Below the pieces are notes generated by a model. It saw only the letters and a program-made list of their open reading frames with translations, was not told the DNA's origin and made no database searches. The translations under genes and the position numbers were made by a program. From Welwitschia mirabilis (lineage: Eukaryota), in contig JBOZIK010000001.1 in NCBI GenBank assembly GCA_051453625.1, positions 42,395,355 through 42,433,879 on the forward strand: a stretch of DNA of 38,525 nt, in the 5' to 3' direction. Of the stretch, positions 1-12,289 are shown in pieces (the stretch's first letter is position 1; each line of letters opens with the position of its first letter).

Positions 1-314
1 ACGAGAATATTAGGTACTATCGAAGATGATTAGGGATCGAGGGGGAGACCTTAATTTATAGACAGAAAGGAAAAATGGACTAACAGAAAAGCAAGCATAA
101 GAGAAACTATAGCTAACATGAAAGGGAAAGTTGCAATTAACAAGCAATAACTATGGAATACAATCTGTAAAAGTGTCAGAGGATAGTGTCGTCCATGTTG
201 ATTGTTCGGATGATATATGAGACGATAGGGATTTATAATGAGTTATCTAGTTTGCTTTTAGTTTAACTATCTGTGATCTTCATGCAAACTATTGTCGACT
301 AATATTAGAGATGT
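1..314 (-). mobile_element. Probable LTR fragment (Ty3/Gypsy-like), truncated by the window edge and a gap
   Basis: Contains CGTCCA...TTCGGATGAT variants of the palindromic motif seen in the Athila-type LTRs of this window, and ATTTATA at ~54-60 (TATAAAT on minus). No coding signal. Confidence 0.3.
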
Positions 315-921
315 NNNNNNNNNNNNNNNNNNNNNNNNNNNNNNNNNNNNNNNNNNNNNNNNNNNNNNNNNNNNNNNNNNNNNNNNNNNNNNNNNNNNNN
401 NNNNNNNNNNNNNNNNNNNNNNNNNNNNNNNNNNNNNNNNNNNNNNNNNNNNNNNNNNNNNNNNNNNNNNNNNNNNNNNNNNNNNNNNNNNNNNNNNNNN
501 NNNNNNNNNNNNNNNNNNNNNNNNNNNNNNNNNNNNNNNNNNNNNNNNNNNNNNNNNNNNNNNNNNNNNNNNNNNNNNNNNNNNNNNNNNNNNNNNNNNN
601 NNNNNNNNNNNNNNNNNNNNNNNNNNNNNNNNNNNNNNNNNNNNNNNNNNNNNNNNNNNNNNNNNNNNNNNNNNNNNNNNNNNNNNNNNNNNNNNNNNNN
701 NNNNNNNNNNNNNNNNNNNNNNNNNNNNNNNNNNNNNNNNNNNNGAAATAGTTACAAATGTTGAATAAGCAGCTATAGAGAAGAGTGAGAGCTTTTTTTT
801 ATTTTTTCATCTTGAAATATATTCCATTATATTATGAGGGGATCTCTTTCTTAATTTTTAAAATCTTGAAAAAGATTTCTGTGTATGTGTGAGTGAGTAT
901 GTGTTTATAAGCAAGCAAGTA

Positions 922-935
922 AGAGAGAGAGAGAG

Positions 936-984
<49 letters not shown>
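922..984. repeat. (GA)n microsatellite
   Basis: About 31 AG/GA units with one C interruption, read directly. Confidence 0.98.
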
Positions 985-988
<4 letters not shown>

Positions 989-1119
989 TAAAAGTAATTT
1001 TCTTTTATGTTACTTTGGTTAGTACCTAAAAATAATAGTATTATAGGTTAATGTTTATTTATTTAACAGAAATACAAGAATAATCACTCTAAAAACCTTA
1101 AAAAGTATAAGATAAATGG

Positions 1120-1550
1120 CACTCTACAAAAAATAATGATGGATAAAAACTATCATGATAATGTTTTTATAATAGTTTTTATCCATTATTATAGATCTCT
1201 CCATCATTAATAATTTATGAAAGTTATTAGCCATCATAAAATCAATCATGTAGCCATCATAAAAGTTGAAAATAATGATGGGTAAAAACCATCCTTAAAA
1301 GTATGTAAAAACATCATGAATTTCAAGATTTATGATGACTAAAAACTATCATAAAATAGGAGTTTTCTAATAGCTAAAAGCCATCATAAAATAGTAGGTT
1401 TGTAATAGCTTCAAACAATAATACAATGGGAGATTTATGATGAATAAAGGCCATCATAAAATAATAGAATATGAGATTTATGTAGTTAAAAAATATTATA
1501 AAATGTAAAATTAGGTAAAAAATGATGATGACCATAATCTATTATAAATG
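1120..1550 (+). mobile_element. Degenerate CACTA (En/Spm) terminus with subterminal repeat array
   Basis: Starts CACTCTACAAAAAA (CACTACAAAAAA plus 2 extra nt). It is followed by many direct and inverted copies of CCATCATAAAA / TTTATGATG (e.g. 1231, 1254, 1381, 1451; inverted at ~1329, ~1435). These are the expected deamination products of CCGTCATA/TATGACGG-type CACTA subterminal repeats. Confidence 0.7.
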
Positions 1551-1722
1551 AAAGCATACTATCATTATCCTAATCTAATAGGTCTTAGATCTATTTTAAA
1601 ACTTTTGCATGGCAAAAATACTTTAAGTAATTATACTTCCCTTATTTCTTAGTAAGTCAAATGACTTCACACTTATCCTTTATAAATCATAAAGAATTTT
1701 TCTTTATCAAATTGCAATAACC

Positions 1723-4200
1723 ATGACTAAAAAGGTTATAGGTTATTCTAGAAATAGAATAAATATGGAAACATTCTAGACATTTTAAATTTAAGATAAC
1801 ATTCAAGTAAATTTATAATGTCCTTCTTACTAAAAAATAAAATAACTATATCTAGCACTTAAAAGTTATAAGATTAATTATTTCATGCCTATTAAAATTT
1901 TTGGAATTAGGAATAAATTTTGATCTTTTTCACTTGTAATTTTACCATCCCTATCTGTGCCAATCTCAATGAATATCTTTACATAATTCTAAATTTTTGA
2001 TTGAGTTATATTTGGTTATGAAAATTGGCTTGGCCTTTCTAGACTTAAGGATGTTAAATCAAATAATAAAGATACAAGAATAATTAGCAAATTATGAGAC
2101 TTATCCATTTAAACTAGCTTAACTTGAGAAGATGCCTACATAGTAGAAGTTAGAATAAGAAATATTAAAGGTGAAATTGTAAAAGCTGTAATGTTACTAA
2201 ATGAAAAGTTTGTAGATAACCTCTACCCCTTGAGATATTTATTCTTATATTGTCAAATGCATAAGAGATACATTAGTAGTTATTATAATGAATTAAATAG
2301 TGGATAATGAAGAATTTATAGATAATCCTTGCCATTGTCAAGAACTCCATAGCATCCACTCAGTTTTCATAATAATTATCAACTTTAGAAGGATGAATTT
2401 TAATCTATTTTCAAAAATAACAACCTCATGGGTTAACTTATCCTGTACATTCCTTATAACCTAAGAAATAGGTTTTTTTTCCACTTAAAAAAAACATGAA
2501 ATTAGTACCAAGACATATATAATTACTACCAAAAAAATAATATTAAAGTGAGAAGCTTTAAAATATGTATACTAATGAAAAGGAAGGAATCATAAAGTAG
2601 TAGAATGCATTGATTTTAAAGAAAACAAAATAATAAGAACCATTAGTTATTGTATATGGCATAAGTCTATAAAATATAACACTTTGTAATAAGCTACATA
2701 ATCTAGATCCTTGAAATTAAAAAGTTCATCTTTTCAAATGCAAATAGTTGTTTTTAGGATAAAAATTCAAAAGGTCCAAATCAAGATTCATAAAAGGATG
2801 CCTGTTGAGAACATATATGCCAATCCAGATGTTTACATAATTTTGATAAATTATGTGACATTTAGATAAGTCCATAATAAGACATACATATAAGAAATAT
2901 GGGTAAGAAAAAGAAGGATATGAGAACTTACACTACAATATGTGAATATTTACAAATCCCATAATTAGTAATTTCACAATGCCAACAAGAAGAATATTTA
3001 TTATATAATTTACCAAAAGAACCTAGGGACCTAAAAATTTTATTTTTAAATGATATTTGCAATTTATCCAAATAATAGCTATAGCTAAAAAGTTAAAATA
3101 TGTTTAGAAAATAATTTAAAAGCTATTTAAATTTACTACAATACAAATGAATAAGACCCTTTTCAAAACAAAAAGTTCATTACACTGGTAAATGATAATT
3201 TAATGATTTTTTTCCCACTAAATGTCACTTCTCTTCTTGAAGAAATAGTAGAGGACTTATTGCATCTAAATGATATTTAAAGAAATTAAGAAAAAGACCA
3301 TTTACAAAACTTAAACGTTTAAATACATTGTGGCATCTTCTTGTGCAACATAAAGGTAAAAGAGAGTAATGCAGTGTCATATTTTATTAAAAAGAAAAGA
3401 TCAATAAAGATGCTAGTTTAGCTAATTAAATAATCTATTCCAAATATTAAAGTATTAATTAACATTTAAAATTTAGAAAGGGTAACCTCGAAGATACTTT
3501 AAATAATACTATTAAAATTAATACTCTTACATGCATTCATTTTTCTTTAGTGAAATAAATAAGAACATGTTTTTTTTCTTGTAAATATAGTCATTGAAAA
3601 GGTGAGCAAAATCATAACTATGAGCATTCACAACACATGATTAAGAAAAGTATAGCTTGATTTACATCTTTTACAAGAGAATAGATTACTATATATACAA
3701 ATATTATATTTTTAAGAGACAATTACTCAATTTGAGGAAAGAATTATTTATTTACCCAATTTGGCCTCCTTGTATATCATTCTTTGTGTGCTATAAATAT
3801 CAGTTTAAGATGAAGCCATCATTGATGATTCTAAAAAATTTGTTAATTAAATAAAAAATATTGGTAGTGATTAACTATTACCACTTGATATACTATCAAT
3901 CATAATTATTACTTAAATAATTATAAATTAAAAAATATTAAAGAAAGTCTAGGAATTGCTAGAAGGAGGTGCAATAATCAAGACTCATATTAGATGCTTT
4001 ACATACATGAATTAGTTTAGGTGGAAGAGATATGAAGTAAAATAAGAGTAAGAAAAACATGGAATGAATATGATAAGATATCAAATATCTAAGGATTTAG
4101 CATGAGATAGAAATAAATAGAAAAATACATCCCACAAAGGCAGCTTTGTAAACATAGGATAAGTTTAGGATGATGATGCTTATTAAGGCTATAATTCATA
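1723..4200 (+). pseudogene. Unidentified, heavily decayed ORF-like region
   Basis: TATAAAT at 1681, ATG at 1723, A-rich plus strand. Protein-like stretches in shifting frames (e.g. EDAYIVEVRIRNIKGEIVKAVMLLNEKFVDNLYPLRYLF; KFITLVNDNLMIFFPLNVTSLLEEIVEDLLHLND). No domain recognised. Confidence 0.25.
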
Positions 4201-4329
4201 TAGGAAATTAGGTATTTTTTTTTTTGCTTTGCTTTATTAGTAAAGGCATCATCTCTAATATTATAGTTTAATATATAAAAATATTTGATTATAAAATACA
4301 TAAATTTTAATTAAAAATGTTTAATTATA

Positions 4330-5461
4330 ACTAATACCAATTTTTTGCACATAATACTTCATAGTCAAACACACTTTATAACATTCAATAACAATTGTAA
4401 CATTAGGATCATAGTAAAAAATGTTCCATTTTTAATGACTTTGTGATCCTTAATAAGCTCAACAAGGTCATAGCTCTTGTTGTTTTTTAAATCCTCTACC
4501 TCCTCCTCTATAGGAACTTTTCAATGATAAGAATCTTCTAATTCACATATCTCTTGATATAAGCTATGATTATCTTCCTTAATAAAACATGCATGAGAAT
4601 TTAAATGATACTTAGAAAAAGGCTTTTTGGCTCTTGTAGGTCTCTGCAATCCTAGATATTTTTCTTTAATCAGTTAAAAGTCATTAAGGATCTAATTTTT
4701 CTACTATTTTTCATGTCAAGGTTCATTCTTTACATCATCATTTTAATTTAACATGCTATATCAGATGTTTCAATCTAGAGTGTTATCACACCACTAATGA
4801 AAATTATAACATTAAGGGCTTACCATAAAATAAATGTTAAAAATTATTTATAAACAAGTTTTAAAGTTTAATTTCTTATAAGTTATATGGATGATGGAAT
4901 TCATTATACATTTACGAGCTTTAATCACATTTTATAAATTCTGATTTTATAGTAATTCTTATTTTATATCAAAATTTTAATCCTTTTTTGTTAATGATAT
5001 TAAAGCTTTGTGATTATTGGTTAATACATCAATGGCCTTAAGAGAATCCTATTCTATGCATTTTTTATCAAATCATAGTCTTGAAAATCATATGGAAATA
5101 ACTATAGTGTTTTATTAGAAAACATTTATACATCTGGAAATACTATGCTGCATATATAGAAGAAAGAATATCAACTAATGAAAAGAAGTCGTTTAGGATA
5201 AGAAATCATTAAAAAAAATTATTCTTTAATTATATAATCTTTAGAGTCCTTTAAAAATGTTTATATTTTTGATGGAAATGAAATTTGATACAAACTTAAC
5301 TTTATCCTTTAGAAATCTTAGAAAGATCTCTAGCCAAGCCTTGAAAAAGAGAAGATGAGATTGTAGAATTTATTTTAGAGAAACTACTAATATAATATTA
5401 GTGCATGATTTTCTAAGGAAAAAAACTCCAAAACTCTTGAATATCTTTAATGAACTACCAT
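4330..5461 (-). pseudogene. Unidentified decayed minus-strand ORF-like region convergent on the previous one
   Basis: The minus strand has a TATA-like site (~5625), a CT-rich leader (5530-5575) and an ATG at ~5461, and is A-rich. It is broken by stops and frameshifts. Confidence 0.3.
4428..4650 (-). pseudogene. Ty1/Copia integrase-RT linker and RT N-terminus fragment
   Basis: The minus strand reads LQRPTRAKKPFSKY...YQEICELEDSYH*KVPIEEEVEDLKNNKSYDLVELIKDHKVIKN. This matches the Copia pattern RRSTR..PP.RY...Y.EA...W..AM.EE..SL..N.TW.LV.LP. Confidence 0.65.
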
Positions 5462-6244
5462 TTTAATCTATGCTCAGAATAATTTAAAGGTATGTTCTTT
5501 TTACAAAGAATGGAGAGTTAGAAATAAAATGAGGAAAGAGAGAAAGAGAGAGAAAAAGAGAGAAAGAGAGAGAATTAAGAAGAATTAAAAAAAATGCTAG
5601 GATTTTACTTATTACAAAAGAATCTATATACTTAGAGTTTCCCTTGGCTCTAGATCAGTTTGACTCTTAAGTGATGTGGAAAGTGATTTATTCCATTTAA
5701 ATTCAAGAAGTCTTGCAACATATTTCAAGTACCAAAAATTTGAAAACTCGTTTACTAAATTTACATTCCTAATATCTGTATTCCTTAGATGAATTTTGTT
5801 AAATTAATCTTTTTTCTGCATCTTTATCTTTTGCAACATCTATTTTGAATATAAGCCATTGTTTTTCTTAGATCTTTCAATCTCTAATTGCATCCTAAAA
5901 ATACCACTAGAATCATAAGTTTCTTTTAATGATTTCGATCCTCATTTGCATGATATGAGTTTTTGATTAAATTGCCTTCACATAATTCCAAAATCTTGAG
6001 CATAATACAANNNNNNNNNNCTCAAACTCTAAGAATGTATTCTATGTTAACTTTTAAAAATTCTATTAAATACAAGTTCTATGTTATCTTATGCATAAAA
6101 AATCTAAGTTTTTTTAAAGCTTAAATTCTAAATCCTTTATACTTTAAATTATTTTATATAAATCAGAAAAAAAGTGCAACATCTAGATGAGTTAATTTTT
6201 TATGGAGATAATATCTAAGGTTTCAATTTAAGAATTATGTTTCA

Positions 6245-6778
6245 TGTTGTTATAGATTGCTTTTGTTTTGCATGCAAACATAACATTATAGTAAAATGTT
6301 TTATTTTTAATCATTTGTTACAACTCTTATCCTTTCATGTCAATTCTTTATGCATTAATAAGCTTTGTAAAACATTAAAATTTAGCGCATTGTGGAATTC
6401 CACAGCATTTTTTTAATGAAATTTTATAGAATTTAAATATTAAAGTATTAATGCTTAAAAAAATAAAAAATAAACCTAGATTTCTTCAACTAGTAAAAAG
6501 ACTTCCCACATGGAGAGGAGCTAAGACTAAGAAAGATACATGATTCTTCATTTTCTTTTTATCTTTTTAAAATTTTTTTAATTTTTTTTAATGTTTGATA
6601 TGTGTGTTCTTCATTTTATGAATAGTTGATTAATATTTTACATTTTTTATTTTATTCAAGTTTAAGACAATAGTTTCAATAAAAGTTTCAAGAATAATTA
6701 TTGTTTTTCTTAAAATTTTGGATTAAATATGAAACTTTGAAATTAAAATAAAAATTGCATATTGCTATGGAAATTTCA
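6245..6778 (+). repeat. Putative 5' LTR of Copia E1
   Basis: Ends ...TTTCA at 6778, 2 nt before the PBS. The start (TGTTG at 6245) is a guess because no partner LTR survives. Confidence 0.45.
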
Positions 6779-6780
6779 TT

Positions 6781-6792
6781 TGGTATTAAAGT
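6781..6792 (+). promoter_or_regulatory. Primer-binding site (tRNA-iMet type) of E1
   Basis: TGGTATTAAAGT versus canonical TGGTATCAGAGC; all differences are C>T or G>A. Confidence 0.7.
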
Positions 6793-7034
6793 GCGTATCC
6801 AGCTCTTAATGTTTTATTTAAAATTCTTGTCTAAGTCTCAACATGCTTTTGTCTTCTAATTCTTATCTAGTTCTTGATCTTGTATTATTCCAGATAAATT
6901 TCAATTTGGCCCTTCCATTTTTTATACTAAAAATATCCTTAACTAATTAACCTTTTTTTACAAATAAATTGTTGTATTTTACCACCTATTAGCTAAATCT
7001 TAATTTATTTCAACTCTCAGGTTGCATTGTAAAC

Positions 7035-10000
7035 ATGGGCAAGGGCAAAGTTCCCCAGTTTGAAAGTGATGCATTTGAGGTTGAGAAAAGGAGAATGAAG
7101 ATATACCTCAAATCCAAGGGAATTTGGAATTATATACAAGTGGATTTTACCTTTGCAAAGTCTTAGGATGATACCAAATACTATGATACATGTAGGAAAA
7201 AAGATTGTAAGGCTATGAAAATTATTCATTTATGCATGCCTGATAATAAGCTCAAAAATTTAGAAAATTCAAATCCACATATAGACCATGAAGAGGGATA
7301 GATGAGTTTACTAAGGCCATGAAAATGTAAGGGCCATTATGTTTCAAAACCTTAGCTTTCAATTGGCAGTGAAAATGTAGATGCATACATTTATAAGGTT
7401 AAAGACATAGTTAAAAAGATGTAAGATTTAGAATATGAATTTAAAAATAATGATGTTGCCCTTAAAATGTTAGGAATTGTTATCAAAACATTTAAGCCCA
7501 TAGCCATCACCCTCCATAATATCTTATACTTAAGAATAACTTCTTTATAAGAATTATCTAGTAGGCTTATCTAATATGAGATCATCCACAAGGAAAAGGA
7601 GGAGGAAAATGTGACTACTTTAAAAACATTTTACCATGATAGCACTAGAGGAGGTTATAAAGAAAGAGAAAAATACAATGAAATAGGAAGAGGTAGAAAC
7701 CAAGGTATAGGTCTATGAAGAAAACCAAAAATAATTCAACATAGTGAAATAAGTAATTTTAATTTTAAGAATGTTCCATTACTTAACAACTGAAAAGAAA
7801 CTAGGGAATGCCACTATTTCCATAAAAGAGGTCATCTTATTAAAAAATATAGAAACAAGAAATGGAGTGATACAAACAAAGCCAACATAGCAAAAAAAAC
7901 TAAATCTTCTAAGTGCCTAGGTTAGAAGAGAAAAGTGGATTCAAACCAAAGAAAGAAGTTAAGGTAAGAGTATTTGTGGCTAAAACATAATTAGAGTTAA
8001 TCTCATCTGTCAGCATATTCATCTATTAATACATTAATAGTGGCTGTTTAAAGCATACTACCTATGAAAAGTACTTGTTTTAAGAAATTTTTGAAGAAGA
8101 TCATGTAGTAAGATTTAAAGAAGGAGCATCATGAGATATTAAGGGTCATGATACCTTTTTTGTTAACAACCACAAAGGTGAAAATTTTATCATTCATGAT
8201 ATTTTCTATATTCCTAGTGCCTATTACAATCTTATTAGTTTAGGATAATTAATTGAAAATGGTTTTAAGGCTAAGTTTGAAGATAAAAATTGCATCTTAT
8301 CTAAAGGAAAACAAATGCTATAAGTGCTTAAAATAGGAAACAACTTGTACCAAATCACATTTGGAAAATCTTTAGTTTTTAGCGAAGCTGATTTTTGAAC
8401 ATGACATAGAAAAATAGGACACATCTTAAACAAACACATAAGGGTAATATTTTAATACAAAATTATTAGGGGATTGTCCAATTTGTAAATTGAATTAACT
8501 AATACATGCAAGAAATGCATTTAAGGCAAGAAAACAAGGGTTTTATTTTTCAAAAGTCTCAGTCAAATAATCTTAGAAATTGTTATTTGTGGATTTAGAT
8601 ATATAGGGATCCTTTAACCCTTTAAGTTTGAGTGGTTGTAAGTATTTTATTACATTTACTAATGATTTTTCAAGATTATGTCATGTCCATTTATTAAAAT
8701 ATAGATATCAAACTTTACAATCGTTAAGTTTTTCAAAGATAGACTAAAATAAAATTAGGTGTTAAGATTAAGTACTTAAGAGTTGATAGAGAAGGTGAGG
8801 ACTTATCTAATGATTTTTAATCTCATTTTCAAAATAATGATATTACTCATCAATTGACAACAATTTATACTCCATAACAACATGGAGTTACAAAAATAAA
8901 GAATCATTCTTTAGCGAGTATATCAAAAACCATGATACTTTAAACAATTATTGATAAGTCCTTTTGGATTGAAGTGCTTAATACTGTAACCTACCTCCAA
9001 AATCACATGGTTATGAGAAATCATGATCATTTCACCTTATATGAATAATGGTATGATATTAAATCTAATTTGTTACATTTACAAATTTTTGGATCTAATT
9101 TCTTTGTCAAGAATACAAAACCTCATTAAGACAAATTGGAATCTAGATCTAGGTCATGCATATTTATTGGATATCCTAGCCAAATTAAAGCATATAGATG
9201 TCATAATCCTAATTCAAAAAATGTTTTGAAATGCATTGATATTAAAATCATACATTTGGAATTATTAAATCCTATTTCTGCTTTTAATAATGATTATAAT
9301 CATATTTCTTATAATAATAAATATAGTGAGTCTAAAGATGATGATGATGATGATGATGATGGTTCACTTAAATAAATTCTAGTTGATGGCACAAAGTCTA
9401 GTGAAAATCAAGTGTCCATTCATGTACACAATCAAGGTGAAAATGAATCTAAAAATCTATGTAAATTATTGGATTAAAATATAACTAATAAATCAAAACA
9501 TAAGAGGATAACTCCTATCATGATCAATCCAACATCATAAATCCTAGTGATGCTCCAATAAGGATAATAAGACAAACAATATTGGTGTAATCATAGAAGA
9601 TAAGGTACGCAATGACATTTTGAAAGATTATTTAGTATTAGATTGTAAATATTTAAATCAAGATCTAGTTCACTTCAAGGAAGATATAAAATACCTAGAT
9701 TAGGTCAAGGTAATGGAGGAAGAAATTCCTAAATTGAAATAAACAATACATGAATTCCTATTCCTAGGCCATAAAAAAAAAATTTCATTAGTATCAAGTG
9801 GATTTATAAAACTAAATATAATTCTAATAATATAGTTAACAAATATAAGGCCTATTTTGTTGCTCTTGATTATGTACAAGAAGTAGGCATAGATTATGAA
9901 TAAACATATGCACTTGATGCATCTCTTGAATTAGTTAGATATTTTCTTGTATACGCTTCAAAATATTTCATGACTGTTTGATAGATGAATGTCAAATATT

Positions 10001-10045
10001 CCTTCTTGAATGGGGTCTTTGAAGAAGAAGTGTATATCTCATAAC
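7035..10045 (+). pseudogene. Copia gag-pol pseudogene (gag, zinc knuckle, protease, integrase, RT N-half)
   Basis: Begins MGKGKVPQFESDAFEVEKRRMKIYLKSKGIWNY. Decayed zinc knuckle ECHYFHKRGH (~7806), protease YINSGCLKH (~8030), HRKIGH (~8405) and integrase KYFITFTNDFSR (~8640). SRSCIFIGYP in ORF 9136. RT KWIYKTK...KYKA...GIDYE*TYA...FLNGVFEEEVYIS. Many stops and frameshifts. Confidence 0.93.
9337..9360 (+). repeat. (GAT)8 microsatellite in the Copia INT-RT linker
   Basis: Read directly; gives the poly-Asp run in ORF 9136..9375. Confidence 0.95.
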
Positions 10046-11543
10046 ATTACAAGCATAAATTTAATGGTTTGACATATTATTTAGATTATGTTTTAGATCT
10101 CATTTCAAAAGTTTTATGATGAACTTAACCATTTTTAAATGTTAAGGATAAAAGAAAGGTATAACTTGAATAAAATCATATGTTCATGTGGATAAAATTA
10201 CTATAGTAAATTACTGTAGTAAATTTATTATAGAAGTTGAAGCTACTATAGTAGTCAAAGTTACTATAGAACAGACACTATAGTAGGTTACTTTAGCATC
10301 ATCCACATGATCATTTAGATGACACTGTAGGACAACAATGCTATAGCATAGTTATTGTAGCAGTTACTATAGTAAAAATTTAGTTTTCAGCTCATCATCC
10401 AAATAATACCAAAAGAATGACAATCATTACAAAAACATAAAAAAGACATAAATTTTAATAATTGGACTCATCACCACCTATGATTATCTGGATGACACTT
10501 AGGATTAGATTCCTCTTTAATAAAATTCAATAAGGATAGCATGATGTAACATAAGAGATAATTATTAGTAGTTAAAGGTGCCATCCACATTATCATCTAG
10601 ACAACATTATATGATGACTAATAGGAAAAGAAGAAACAAAAATATGTCATTGTCATCCACTCCATAATTTGGATGACATTTAGAATGACATCAAGAATAT
10701 TCAAAATTAACAGGTGCCAAGAATTAAGAAGTATTTGCTAGCATCGTTTATTTCATTATCTAAACAACACTAGTTGAACATTAGTTAGTTATTTGTTAAA
10801 AAAATAATCTTTATGTAACAAATGTTGGTTTGGATATACCCTTCCACATCACATTCCTTAGTAACCTCAACCACTAATATAAAACTATAAATAATCTTTT
10901 AGATATCCTATTTATCATCTTAACAAACTTTTAATCTTTTGACAATTAAAGATTAATTAGTAAAAGATCCATCTTGATTTTGAAAAGGGTTTCACTTGGT
11001 ATTGGGCTTGGATTCCTCCATTAAGGTGCTATTACTCATGAAAGGATGTAAGCATACTTTGTTTTTCAAGTGATTAATAAAGCACTTTTTGTTTGATTCT
11101 CTCTTTTCATATTCCTCAGTTTTCATGATACATTTTCTTTAGGATTCAAGTGATATTGATAGGAATATGTTATGATATCTAAGGTCTAATTTAGATGACA
11201 ATAAATCGGCGATTTGGTTAATATTTGCATTTAGGTTGTATTAATTTAATTGCATTACATTTTATTTCATTCAATTATCATCCATTATACTTATTGCAAT
11301 TACATTATTCTTAATTTATTTTTTCATTCATATAAATTAAAAATTAAAAACGTTTTTCTCATCTCTCTCAAATCAATTTTCTAATTCACTTTTTATAAGT
11401 CTTATCTAAAGTATGACATTTTGGGTTGACCCCACAATATAATGGTGTTTTTTGCAAAAGAAATATATATTTAATTTTTAGGTTATAAAGCAAAGATACA
11501 TTAATGAGATTTAGATTCTAAAGAATAAATAACCACCACATCA
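10045..11543 (+). repeat. 5' LTR of element A
   Basis: Collinear with 30852-32333 from CATTACAAG/TGTTATAAG onward. Carries TACT(A/G)TAG(C/T)A and CATC(C/T)AGATG repeat arrays and ends CATCA. Confidence 0.9.
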
Positions 11544-11546
11544 TTT

Positions 11547-11564
11547 TGGCGCCATTACTAGGAA
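11547..11564 (+). promoter_or_regulatory. PBS of element A (tRNA-Asp, Athila type)
   Basis: TGGCGCCATTACTAGGAA versus TGGCGCCGTTGCCGGGGA, 3 nt after the LTR end. Confidence 0.85.
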
Positions 11565-12289
11565 GGGCAATAAGTCTTAAAAGAGGATCCTATTTAATAT
11601 TATTATCCAAAAGAACATAATTATTCAAAAAAGAATTCATTAAAAGAAGTAAGCTTTGGTTAAAGTCAAGTTCTACATCAAAAAGAAAAGGTGAAATTAT
11701 TATTTAAATATATTCTTTCTTTTAATGTTGTATATTACTTTCAAGTTTTAGTTTATAAGCTTTGCTTGATTACTCTTCTTGAATTGTACATAGTCTATTT
11801 TTTAGAATCTTCTTTTTATGTAAATTAGATTTCTAATTAGTCTACTCTTTGAACCTTATAGTGATCTTAGAGACTACCAATTTAGGCCTACTCCTTGCAC
11901 TTAGTATGATCTTGGAGATTTTCATCTAAATCATTTGATCATCTTATTTATTTTTGGTGTACTAATACTTCATTAATAAGAGTGATCTACACCTTGCAAT
12001 TTGTGTGATCTAGGTGATTATATTACTTGAAATTCTAAGTAATTTATTCTTATTCTCTTTTCTAGATTGTTGATAAAAGAACTTCAAAGAAGATATTTGC
12101 TAAAAGAAGGAAAAAAAGCCTCTCCGTGAACTCATTGCTGAAAGGAAAAAATTACTTTTATTGGAAAAAGAACACAATTTCTATATTTCACTCACTTCCT
12201 TTTAATTGATACATAGGCATTCTAGTGAGTTTTATTCTTCTAGTAATTTGTACCTATTTATAGAAGATATTAATAATAGATTTAGCAAA

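Noticed and set aside
292-768. Long ORFs at 292-768, 20570-21029, 23424-23609, 35165-35404 and 36275-37273
   Set aside because: Artefacts of N runs (e.g. 315-744, 36353-37188) and poly-A tracts; no real coding evidence.
1130-1550. Short interspersed repeats superficially like a CRISPR array
   Set aside because: The repeats are ~11 bp, occur in both orientations with irregular spacing, lie in plant TE context and have no cas genes nearby. They fit CACTA subterminal repeats.
2701-4190. A single ~500-codon frame-1 ORF restorable by reverting stops to Gln/Trp
   Set aside because: Stop density is near random expectation for this AT content and other frames look equally protein-like, so no specific protein is claimed.
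7017-8439. Minus-strand ORFs 7017-7229 and 8224-8439 (also 14630-14860, 18967-19680, 28496-28699)
   Set aside because: Antisense shadows of plus-strand gag/pol pseudogenes.
11547-11564. tRNA gene fragments at the PBS sites
   Set aside because: Only 12-18 nt complementary to tRNA 3' ends next to LTRs; these are primer-binding sites, not tRNA genes.
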